Shown one piece after another: positions 44,252-56,797 of a DNA stretch of 64,000 nucleotides (within the stretch, counting starts at the first letter, position 1; each line of letters opens with the position of its first letter). The position numbers were made by a program, and so were the translations under genes. Under the pieces are notes generated by a model that was not told where the DNA came from, did not search any database, and saw nothing but the letters and a program-made list of their open reading frames with translations. Source of the DNA: Lingula anatina (Eukaryota; Animalia; Brachiopoda); contig CM120641.1 in the NCBI GenBank assembly GCA_051362555.1, forward strand, positions 46,010,401-46,074,400, given 5' to 3'.

Positions 44252-47200
44252 GGTCAGGGGGCGCTGTATCTGGTCACCATTGCATAATGCCCAAGCTGAA
44301 ATTAAAGCAAAACAGTCTGTTAAAGTGAACATGCTGAGTGTAAAATATCAACCACAAGCAAAAATCTGATAACTTTTAAGACCGCAAACACTGTTAAATT
44401 ATCTCCTGCTGTCACGTTTGATTGTCAAAATCAAGTAAAAAATAACTGGTGCAAGTGAAGCAGAAACCTCACCAGCGTACACAGACACAGCATGAAACAC
44501 ATTTGATATGCGTCTCACGACCTCAAAAGACAAAACACAAGTTGAGGCGTTTGAGGTTGTAAACACTTTTTTTCATTCATAATGGTACCTGGGTATAAGT
44601 ATTCTTGACCAAGGAGTAGCAATTATTGTTTTATCAACTTTTGTCCAGCCAATCACGACAACTTAAACAAACCTGCATGTCAAAAAATGTTTGCTGAAAT
44701 AATATGCTATCGTAACTAAATTATCATCTCTTGAAGAGCACAATGGAATTCGTTGAAGCTTACACCTTCCAGCCTACTTATTAATTAGCCCACTTTGTCT
44801 CTGCCCCAAAAAAGTTTTAAGACATACATGTACAGAATCCAGAATAACTATCTTCCACTGACTGTGTTATGCAACTTTGTAATCCTTTTGCTTTAGTTAA
44901 CCCCTTCTGGCCCCTGTACCTTCCCAATCTTAAAGTAGTTGATATCCTTAACCCTCTGAGCCCAGAGATCAGACAAGCTCAATATATCACTGAAGAGCAA
45001 GCCCTCAAGGACCTCACAATTCACAGATATTAGCTGGGTTAACAGAATCCCAGTGGTTAAATTATTCATTTATCTATTTCAGTGCTCGTGTGTTGTTTTA
45101 CAACGACTGTGACCTTACCACAATAATGGCTGGGGCAGCGCTGGCAATTTTTTTTTTCGCTTAGCCAAATCATCACTTTTTTGTCAATTTGTTATCCAAA
45201 TGGTTATAATCTGACTAAAACAAGTCAAATCAAGCCCTTTTTGTTCAGCCAATTTTAGTCAGTTTTAGCATTTGGCTTAAGACTTTTTTTAAGCTGAAAC
45301 CCTGGATTTGGATAAGACTGGATAAAATATCTCACTGTATATTATTATTATTATTATTATTACTGTGTAAACCAGTTATCCTTAAAGGCATTATCATATG
45401 TAGTCGTCCATGTCTGTAGACTGATCATACCATGTACTTTCTAGTTAATATTCATAACGTTTCCTTCTTGTTATAAGGCCCCCTTTTTAGGGCCCCAATT
45501 CACACTCCCCCTAGGCAGGAGACTGCTAACAAGGCCGTAGCTGCTAATGAGTCATGGTAGAAGTGTCGCCTGCCTAATGCAGCTCAAGCTGACGTGAGAA
45601 AACACCTAATGCTGTCAGCATATCAAATTCACTATGTTCAATGCCCTGACATCACATTTTGTGAACTGTTTTAACTGACCAGGGACCTATGCCTCAAAGC
45701 CCTAGTTAGTTGCTGTTCTTGGCCTAATTAGTTTTGCATCTGAAACTGTATTTTATATGAGCTACCATAACCTGGAACAAGGCAGTCCTTCTCTGACAAA
45801 GAGTACATGTATGAGCACTGTTTTCCTGCTGTAGCTGCAAAGCCTTTGTGTATAAAGCAAAGAGATGTCGTCATTTTTCAGACGTCTTATATCTTTCTAA
45901 CTTCGATAAGATAGTCAGACATCAACAGTGTTTACCCTCAAGATAGACGAGGTTTGCCTTCAGCATTAATATTTATTTCTTTTTAAAAAGCCATTGTTGC
46001 TCATAATAAAAAAATCATTTATAAAAGACAGTCCACAAAAGACTAAATCCCATGTAGGCCAGGGACATACGCATTTTATTTTGCAGTTTTTGTATACTGT
46101 ACTTTTACAAAATCACCAAACAATTATACCAAAATGAAAAAGAAAATGCAATAACTTACGCAGGCAGTTAATGACGCTATTTTTCTCACATTTATTATAA
46201 GAATTCATACACTAGGATTCCATATGATATCCATACACTGGGCCCCTTAAGTTGCCACTGTCAGCTGAATTTTTTTAAACTTTACCTTTAATGTAAATCA
46301 TCTTATTGTTAAATGCATATCACCATCCAGTACACATGTCAAACCAAATAGTAGAAACACTTATACACAATGCAACTGTTGGTATAACTAAGGTACAGTT
46401 CATGCTTTGTAAAATTACTAACAAAGATATAGTACTTATTACATAATAGCCCTCTTCCTACTAGAGTCAAATACCAGGAAGTTAGATATCATGGGATCAC
46501 ATGCTTACTGGGTACTCTGTTTCCGCAGCATACCTATAGATTAACTCTCTATATATAACATTTCAGTATTATCTCCGCCCATCTGTTTGCTCATTAACCC
46601 GCAACTAATCCGAGGGGTCAGTGTATTTAATCCTTCAGAGTCCATGTTAGTATGCAGTCTGCACACTCACTGCAGCTTAATCTCTCTTGTTTTGCTTTAG
46701 CGATTTAGTTTCTTTGTTCAGGTTGATCATTCAAGGAATATTCATGGGTGTCTGGCAAACTACAGTATGTCAATTAAGGAATTTTCTTTGTACTGAAAAA
46801 TATTTTGATTTCTTACTAATCATCAGTATGCTTACATTATAAGACTATATTTTCTTCTTTTGACTCCAATGCTTCACATTCCTTTCTCCAAGTAAAAATG
46901 GTCATTTCATTGTATGTAAGGGCTGTAAAACGATCCACCTTCAGACACAAGACCACAAAAATTCCTTAAACTGTCCCTTAACAGGTAAAATTAGTGTAAA
47001 TTCTTTAAAAATGAATTTTTACCTCTTTCTACCCTTAACCCAAACTATAATTAATAAGTTTCACTATTATATATGCTGCATATAAGTCTAAATCTCTTAA
47101 ATCAAGCCATCGTCACTGCCTAAAAATGCACCAAATTACATCCACTGACCTCTGCTACAAGACACAAATGACCAAGCACTGACAATGGCTATACATAAAC

Positions 47201-50093
47201 ATAACCTACTACTACTTCCACTGTACTTGTACTACAACACCCACCTCTCTCCACAACCCATATAAATTATCTTCCATCAACCTGAGGCCCAAAGTCAGTC
47301 TTACTCACTGTATCAGATGAACCAGTCTGCTTCCCATAGGTTTACATGTGCTTGTTATCTCAATGCGTGCACTGCACACTGACCGGCTGACTCTGAACCA
47401 TGCAGAGTAAACACAGCCTTTCTTCTTCTGTATGCACACAATGAACAAGATGGCTGACCACTCTGTATAAAGCAATTTAATATTCAGGTCAATGCACATG
47501 CCCAGTTGGTAATGTATGCGACCTTCATCCGCAAGCCTCTGTGACTCGTGGATAATTTACACCACTTCCAAGTGAGGCTCACAACGGGTTGGAAAGATCG
47601 CTTCGCAGGACGGCGATACAATAATATATGTTTTATCGTAAAAAGCAACACAACGCAATTAAGTGCTGCACACACTACGTTAACTCACAACGTTAAGTTA
47701 TGAGTAGGCATGACGCATGTTAATTAAATAACGATATGAAAGGTAATTAAATACAGATTGCGCACCTTCTTACAACGCATGTTCAAACTAAATGCGGTAT
47801 GTTTACAATGATTTCAAACCATTCCTTTTTTTCAAAAATATTCTGACAACATCATATTCAGTAAAAAAAAATTTCGCTTAATTACAATTTTGATGAATTT
47901 CACCCTGATGCAACTACACTTAAGCTTAGCAAACATGAAAGAGCAGACTGAAGCTAAATATTTTTAGTAATATTTTTCATTTGCATGTTCAAATACATAT
48001 AACATGACATTTCTACACACTCTAAGATCAACAGAACTAAATTTAGCTCCTGAATGTCTGGGATCTGAAAGTACTCAAGCACCGACTACGAGTGGATTAC
48101 AGCAACAGTGCCAATGGGCTTTTTAGTCACATGAATTTGAACATCATGCAAAAACTGATCAGATCTTTTTCCTCAATTATTTCGATCAATAAAATATTAT
48201 AAGATCTAACGTAGGTTAATTTTTGAAAGATCAATTGTACATACTACAGAGTTCATGAAAAGTATTCTTTGTTTTAACAGAAGAACTAATATTTTTCAGT
48301 ACTAAATAACACCTAATAAAAGGCATTCACGTAGATTTTCAGCGATTGACAAGCACTTCTATGGAAAGGGCATTAAGTACGGTATTACGCCTATCCCCCT
48401 TTTTTTTGCATGTAACAACAATGTGAATATGTGATTGATTTTCTTTTGGCAAATCATAGAGAACTGCAATGTACGTAGTGGTATTTATCTTGAAAATTGT
48501 CCTGTAATGTGCTTGAAGAGCTCATATAAATGAAAATATCACATAAGACAAAAAAAAACTGCCTTCATTATTCAAAGTAAGTCATCTCATTGGCCTTTCC
48601 TTACCATTCCAGAACAGATCCAATCTGTTACCCTTGATCAAATCATTTATTTACGATGGAATATAGCAGTTTTTTTTTTCAGGGCAAATGGTTATCAGTT
48701 TAAAACAATTCAGTTATACATCTAAACATCTTTTTTTTTTTTTCAGTTATTTTTTAAAGTAACACAGATTTTTATGCTGAACAAACATTTTTTTCAGAGT
48801 TAAAATCACAGAATATATCTTTTGGGAATAGGTGTAAATCAATGGCATGACTTGGAAATATACGATGCAAATTTGCCTACAAAATCACCACCAAATTCTT
48901 CCAAACTGACACACCTAATTTCATACTATGCCTTTTGCAATCACTTATCACTGCCTGCACATGAGCACACTAGCTTCAGCATACTATACAGGCCATGTGT
49001 CTCAAACTGCTAGTAACATTGACAGCGTATAGAACAATGTTCAGATAGCCCAGTTCACTTACCCTAGGCCTGAAGCTTTTCAAGAAGTCCCCAAGTATTT
49101 GCAGCTGCACATGCTCAGAAAACCCAAATGTATGAACTCTAATCAGCTACAAAGTGAAAGGTCATTGCACATGCTCAGTATGATGTATGCCTGACTTGCA
49201 ACCTGACATCCATGTCTACAGGGGTACAGAAGGGGGAACTTTCCGTTATTCTAACTTAACAATCAATTTTTCTGCTTTAAAGTAACTTCATACTTTAAAA
49301 TGTCTTGCATGCGTAAAATAGTCGCTCTATCAAAATAATCGCAAAAGGCAATTCATATCAAGGAAAATCAATAAGTTCCTACGTCGCTTTCTGATTATCA
49401 CGTAATATTGAACTTTGTGGTCAAGCAAAAACAGTACGGTACTACCTCTTGCTGCAGATCAGCTCACGCAATTACAACATGTCATAGGAAAAACCAATTT
49501 CGAAGTCAATTTTTATAAAAACGTACTTAAAATTGACAGTGACATGCTATAATTAGTATTCAATTAGCTAATTGCACTGACATCTTTCTATCATTAACAT
49601 AATTACTGATTGTCATTTTCATATTTTCATTATTTGAATAACTTCTGCTTTATATTACAGTTGGATCACTGCTGCTTACTCTGACTTTTAATCACAACGT
49701 ATCATAAGGCACTTCTTCATATTGCAAAATGTGGTTTTATTCATATCTTTTGAACTGCTTTGAAGTATTAGACTAAAAATGACACATGTCTCCCTAAAAT
49801 TCGATTTTCCCCTATCGAATAAAAAAATACTATGGAAATTCATTTGTTATCAATCTGGCTTTAAGCTGGACTAGCGCAGATGAAAGAAAATGTCGCTTTG
49901 AAACAAACAAAAAAATACCCATGCCAAGTACTGGATCCTTGATTGCAACAGACGACCGGCAACCAACTAATTCCATCAATTTTTTTTTTCACAAAAAATG
50001 ATCCAGTATTCAATAGAAAAACTCTCGGAACTGAAAAATAATTATCTTTCATTTCCAAGAGTTTTTCCACTGAATTTGTGTACATGGTCTATC

Positions 50094-50279
50094 AAGGGTT
50101 TTCCCAGGGAACCCTTCATCCGCCATTTGGCATCATTGGACAGCCAACATTTTCAAAGACAGCTGGATGGCTTATGAATTTATTTTGAAAAGTGATGCTT
50201 GCACTCCCTGAAATTTTGTATGAAATTACGGGTGATAATTTTGGACAGCCTGTACCCCAAATCCTGAGAAAAGCCCCGT
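50094..50279. mobile_element. Probable short MITE with imperfect TIRs
   Basis: aagggttttcccagg ... cctgagaaaagcccc; internal ttggacagcc repeated. Confidence 0.4.
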
Positions 50280-52321
50280 GGTCAACATATTGGTCACATT
50301 CACAACCAAAGGTCATTCGTGGACTAATAGATCCATGGTTCAAATATGGCCTACCCACTTGAAAGTTGACTGCGTAATCCCTGCTGGAATCTATTCAGTG
50401 TCTTTTAGGGGGATTGTGTGGCAAGGTTTCAAGTGGGTCGCCAATGTTTGATCCACAGATATGTTAGTCTGCGGATCAACTTGTTCTGAATGTGTCCATT
50501 AATATTTAATGTAAGAAAATAAGTGAAGAATCGAGACTGTCATGGCTTCAACTGTGAGGCGCACACAAAATACCCACCATCACTGGTAATATATTCTTGG
50601 CGTCATATATGCACAGACCCTTAGCAGTTAGCTGGATCAATAATGCGTCGATAAAATGTATTTTTTCACTGCAAATTATAAACCATTACAAAAAGGAAAA
50701 TTTAACATTTTAACGTACAAATAAAAAAGGTTGTTCATTGCATATAAACACCGCACTGTGTATAGGTGAGACTTTTGGGGGGTTTATATTACAATACAAT
50801 GAATGAACAAAAACAAGTCGCGTTTGCACAGATTGAACAATTGCAGCACATTTTTGAGAATTATAACCTTAAACATCTCAGTACTAAACAAAAAGTTTTA
50901 CAGAAATGGATGCCTATCTTGTATTTATCTCTTACCAAGAAAAAAGTATCTGTTAATAAAATACATAATTACATATACTCACATCAGTTGAATAATCACT
51001 TTCCTGCACTGCAGGTGAATTGGGAAACAAGCAAAGGAGGAATTTCTCTGAAAAAGAAAGAGGAATTTTCTTTAAGATGGCTGACACTGCTGTAGTTTCT
51101 CCCTGTCTTTCTAATATTTAGGTCAGATGAATGGCTGGCTCTTAACGGTCCAATTTCAAGGGGTTCTGAAAGGGGGTCCACTTAGCAATGTTCGCAGTCC
51201 TTTAATATGCCACTGCACAGCGAAGTGCCAGCGTTGTGCACCTAACACTTTCAGTCCAATTTTCACATGCTACAAAAAGGGTAAATGTAGCGTTTATTTT
51301 TACAGGATAGGTACATGTCGTCGCCCTTTTGCCTTACAATTGAAAACGCTGAATGAAAATCGAAAAAAAAAGTGTATTCTTTTAGAGGAATATTTCAGGA
51401 ATGATGTCATAAAAATGTCACCGTAAAAACCTTCCTTTGCTAGTGTCAAGCTTTTTATTCGCTTCTTTGTAAAAAGTCAGAATGTAACAAACAAGACAGG
51501 CAACATTCAAAGTGCAGAAAACACTGAACTCCTCAGCTACAAAGGAAAAAAATAGATCATTGCGATATTTCTAAATAATTCTTACATAAAAAAGTATCTT
51601 TACAGCTTCAAAACATCAAAGGCTACTTATTCCAGCGCCCAAATTTAAGTGTAAAATAAATCAATAAAGAACCTCTCTCAAAATACTGAATTCATAAATT
51701 TTGATTTGGGCATAAAGCATTCTACTGAAACAGAGATATTGCATTTTTTAAATCAATCTAGGCTGCACTGTATCTTGCCCTTTAAGGAATTGGATTTATA
51801 GCTTTCTGATGAAGCAAAACTTGGAGCACGCATTTTCTTCCTAAACAAACTCAACCATACCGTCAATTGCGTAGCTCGCCGCTACTGCTATTTGTTCAGG
51901 AGACTTGATCAATAAAAAACCAGACATCTGGAAAATACATACTTCTTATGCAGACAATGGCTGCCGCTGATCCTTGAACCTTCCGCCTGGATTGCATTGT
52001 GCTCTATTTTCTATATGTCTGGTTTTATCAAACAGCTCAGGTGCTATGTTAAATTGCAAACCATGTGACATCACTGAATGATTTTTGATTAGGTGATTAA
52101 ATGTGTGCAAATTGGCATTTTGTAACTGGGTCAGACAGACAGATTCTTGAGTACGGCTTGCATTACGGTCTTGGCAACTTTCCTGCATATTTTAAGTCAC
52201 TCAGTACAAACATTTCATTGTGCTTACTTCAGTCTCAGACAAATACTAGTAATATTTTAGTTAACCTACTTTAAGACTGACCAATAAAGATAATTTCACT
52301 AAAAGAATTTCCTTTTAACCA

Positions 52322-52560
52322 AACCTAAAATTCGATCAACGATGACACGACAGTATCAACATCTTCTACAACAAATTCACTAAAATCACTTTCAATTATT
52401 AAAATATAATTTAGATTTTTTTACTTTGGAAATGGTCAGCGGCAAACCTTAAATTTCGATCAACGAAACGGCAGTGCCAACTATCTTCTCCAACAAATTC
52501 ACTAAAATCACTTTCAATTACCAGGAAATAATTTAGATTTTTTACTTTGGGAATGGTCTG
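52322..52560. repeat. Two-copy tandem duplication of about 120 bp
   Basis: aaacct..aaatt.cgatcaacga...caacaaattcactaaaatcactttcaatta...ataatttagattttttactttgg.aatggtc occurs twice. Confidence 0.8.
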
Positions 52561-52919
52561 AAGCTTGATAGCCTATGTATCCTATTTGTTCTCTAGAGAT
52601 AAATACTTATATGCCCCATTCATAACCAGTCGATCCCTAGACTAACAGATCCTGGGATCGAATATAGCTCACCCACTTGAAAGTTTGCTGCATAATCTCC
52701 TGAAAGGACAGTGAATAGATTCCCCATTGGGAGAATGCAGCAAGCTTTAACGTGGGTCAGACATATTTGACCGGCAGATCTGTTAGTCCGCAGATCAACT
52801 TTGGTTGTGACTGGGGCCATACTTGACCCACTCTGAGAAGTAATTTAATTTTTAACAAGGCAGCAAAGCTGTCAAATGTACAGACAAAAAGCAGACAATA
52901 ACAATGCACAAAACAGGCT

Positions 52920-55050
52920 ACTGTCAATTCTGATGCAAAAGTACATTATGTGTAACTGCAAATTCAACATCAAATTTTAATTATGCTCAACAGGTAATAC
53001 CAATGTAAGTGAAATGTGTAACAAGCATAAGGCTTCAGGCCCATGGGAGTTTAAGTTCACACTTTGAAAATGCCAGAATAAGAAAAATGAAAATTTCACA
53101 TAAAACTGCTTAAATTCAATAATAAATGATAACCCATTTGAGCTGGCTTTCTTATTTGAACTGCATGCCAATCCTACAAATCATACTCGTAAGTTGAAAA
53201 TAATAATAAGTAACACAGTTTTCTTTTCATGATGTTTGTAGTAGCAGTGCAAAAAGATTTTTGTCAATTTTGATGTAACATTACATAATAAACTACAGAA
53301 TAATTATCACCAATTTTTGATTATTGACTACAAATAGCATGGACATGTAGAAAATTTGATTACCATTTGGCTTCATGTCCATGGGAGCTTCGAGTCAGAC
53401 AATGAATATGCCAACATGATAAAAATGAATATTTCACTCAAATGTATAACTTCCAGAAAAAGAAGCCAATTAGACTGCTTTTCCAACTCAGGCTGCATTT
53501 TAGTCCTTTGTTTCTTTTTTGAAAGTTTGACAATCATAAGTAACATGGTCTTCCCATAATGGTCATCATGGCAGCAGCACCCAAAATTGTGTTTTCTTCT
53601 ATTTTAATGCAATATTACATAATGCTTAACAGCATAATGACCATCAGTTTTTAATAATAAAAGATCCGTATCATGAATTTTCAGAAAATGTGATTAGCAT
53701 GGGTCTTCAAGCTTGTGGAGGTTCTTAAGTCACACTTTGAAAATGCCAATATGTGAAAAATTAAATTTTCACAAAAAAAAAAAACAAAAAACAGTTTAAC
53801 TGCCAAAAAAATTTACCAAATAGACTGCATTGCCCACTGAAGCTTTATTTAAGTCCCATGTTTCTTCCTGTAAGTTTGAGAACAAAGTGACATGGTTTTC
53901 CTTAAATGGTCATCATGGGAGCAGTGTCCAAAATAGGGGTGTCTTCAAATTTTGATGCAATATTACATAATGTTTAACAGGATAATTACCATCAATTTTT
54001 AATAATAAAATATTAGCATCATGGATATTCAGAAAATGTTCTTAGCAAAGGTCTTCAGGCCCAAGGAACTTCAAAGTCACACCCTGAAAATGCCAAAATG
54101 TAGACAAGACAGCACTGTCCTGAAATGTGTTTTTTTCCATTTTTAACAATTTTTTAACATATAACAAAATTAACAATTTACTGCCATTTATATATGATCA
54201 ACTAAGAAAATAGATGAGATGGGAAAAATATCAATAGAACAGTGTTTAATGTCCAATTTCCTCCATTCTGAGTTTCTGAACATAGTGAATGAATGAATCT
54301 GACAAAATGCAATGATATGAGTTTATTTCCATTTTTGAAACTCTATTATACAATACATGATAACAAGTTTACCATCATTTTTTTATAATCAACTAACAAT
54401 GTTGTAAAGATGCAGGAAATGTCAAACAAACACTTTTACGAATCTTATTAGTTAAATAATGAGACTGTTAACATGCCTAAGAATTGAATCTGAGGAAATG
54501 TGAAAAAACAGCACAACTTATAAAATAATGGCCTGATTATGCTGATTTTCGAACTTGACCTGCGTTTTAGTAAGATAAATTACTCCTGTGAGTTTCATGA
54601 CAACAGGTCTATCGGTTTTCCTTGAAATGTGTTAACAGTGTTGCACATATGCTGAAAAGTGAAAAAAACAGCATAACTACTAAAATAGTGGCCCGATCAT
54701 GCCGATTTTCGAACTTGATCGGCGTTTTAGTAAGATTGATTACTCCTGTGAGTTTCATGACAACAGGCCTATTGGTTTTCCTTGAAATGTGTTAACAGTA
54801 TTGCATATATGCTAAAAAGTGAAAAAACAGCATAAATTCTACAATAATGGCCCGATCATGCTGATTTTCGAACTTGACCTGCGTTTTATGAATATTAGTC
54901 AGCTCTGTAAATATAAAGCCAAAAAGTAAAACTGTCTTCCACTTATGGTGTTAACGCTGAAAGTGCACGGCGACGGCGACATGATCGGCGACGGCGACGA
55001 CAGACGCAGGTGATGGCAATATGTACAGACACATCTGTGTCTGTACATAA
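52920..55050. mobile_element. Composite tandem-repeat-bearing element (Helentron-like): about 345-bp units then about 160-bp units, ending in a microsatellite and hairpin
   Basis: Diverged units of about 345 bp at about 52920-54100 (ttgatgcaatattacataatg; gtcacactttgaaaatgcca; ggtcatcatgg). Units of about 160 bp at about 54500-54900 (gattttcgaacttgacc.gcgtttta; ctcctgtgagtttcatgacaacagg). Terminal gtacagacacatctgtgtctgtac hairpin. The two arrays may be separate insertions. Confidence 0.6.
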
Positions 55051-55956
55051 AAAGTAAATCTGTATCAAGGTTAGTAGGTATAAGATTTCAAGGTTATCGG
55101 TTTCTACTAGTTTCTTATACAACTCATGAATTATACAACTCATGAGGGTTACACCGAAAGAAAGCAGAAAATATCCATTTAAATAAAATTTTTAGAAAAT
55201 AAGATGGCCTTTGGTATTTCTTGAACTGTTTAAAACTATGCTGGTATTTGGTTGTCTGATGGCAAAAAAATTGACTTCAAATGCACAGGGATAAGACTTT
55301 TTGGCTCTCAAAAGGTGGAAAATCTGCAAATAATCCTGGAATTTTCAAAATTTCTTATGCATTTGTATGTCATTGCAAAGTGACGCTGTTGCCTTTTATG
55401 ATTCAGTTAAATTAACAAGTGAAATATTACAAGTTCAGTGTGTATAGTTAACAATGAGGTATATCAGGATGAATGTACATCTACAGTGTGTACATGTTGT
55501 CACAGAGTGATATTTATCTGTGTAAGTACAGTCAGGGCAGATGTTAATCAAACATAACAAGAACTTTTTTTATTTATTTATTTATTTATTTATTGTTATT
55601 TCTTTAATTTTTGATCGTTTCAGATTCTTGGTACTCTGACAATTCAATCCACACCAATCATTTATCACTGAATAAAGGTTCGTGAAATGATGTCATCATC
55701 TTCTATCAAATGCACACAAACTCAACAATGAAATCCTAAAAAAGTATTTTCTCAAATATATATATTGCATACAGATAAAAGACAGAGACATCCAGACAAA
55801 ACTTTTTTGTTAAAAAATTCCACATCTGTTCAGTCTGCACATGAGCCGTCTACATACACAACTTCACAAGCTGTACAAACATCCATGGGCACATTTTCCT
55901 TGAAAACATGAAGAGAATAAAATGCAATCTAATGCCAGAAATAAGGGGGCGATACA

Positions 55957-55994
<38 letters not shown>

Positions 55995-56164
55995 TTACTG
56001 ACAAAGAAACTGCAAATCAAAGAAGTAATTTCTAAACTCTGTTTAAATCAAGGTAATGTTCATTCGTTCAAAACTTTTTGTATCGATCGATGCTAACACG
56101 AGAGTAAGTCTCGTCTTCCGACTTAAAAACACGGGATAATAATACAAAACTGTACGATCCTCAC

Positions 56165-56365
56165 CTTTAGTCTGCGTTAGCACAAATAAAACTACAACTG
56201 GGATGATCGAAAAGTTGTAGTGATGTTATCACGACTGACTTCTGGAGCATTTTAGAGTAGGCCGCTCTGTGCAGGCGTGACTACCGTGAAATCTCGCATG
56301 CGTTACATTTCACTTCCGGTTACATCCTGCTGCGACGTGCGAACATGTGGTGACTGTCGATAGTA
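56165..56365. promoter_or_regulatory. Bidirectional promoter with divergent non-coding first exons of the MBD-F-box gene (-) and TFB2M-like gene (+)
   Basis: CpG-rich patch; minus donor AAG|GTGAGG at 56164; plus donor |GTAAGT at about 56363; ETS motif CACTTCCGGT at 56311-56320; NRF1-like CGCATGCG at about 56295-56302. Confidence 0.65.
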
Positions 56366-56797
56366 AGTTTTGCTTTTGGACTTGTAGAGCAAAGAAGCAC
56401 ATATACAGATAGTCAGGTGAACTGTGCGGAATCGTTTTTTTTTTTACGAGCACAATGTTTGTGGCCTTCACAACGCTAAAATGAGAAATTTGTCAAACTG
56501 GTATGTACAGTACGTACAGTGTATGCGCTTTTGCTTAGCGGTAACTTAATTTTGAAGCCCCCTCTGTTTCTTTGATTTTCATTTAAACATTTTTTTAATT
56601 GAGTTAAATGGTGACTTTGAGCAACGTTTCCTACTATCAACTTACATTTACAAAATGGAGGGACGCATAAATAGGTCAAATTTAAGACCAGTTTTTGGCT
56701 GACCGAGTTAATCCAATCGTGACAAACTTTACCCCTTCTTCAACAGATTTCATTTAACATATTCCTAATATTTCAGACCACTTCAAATTAGCATTTT

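Noticed and set aside
44300-56160. Short ORFs (60-110 aa) in the large intron as nested genes
   Set aside because: No recognisable domains, no consistent splice chains, and lengths expected by chance.
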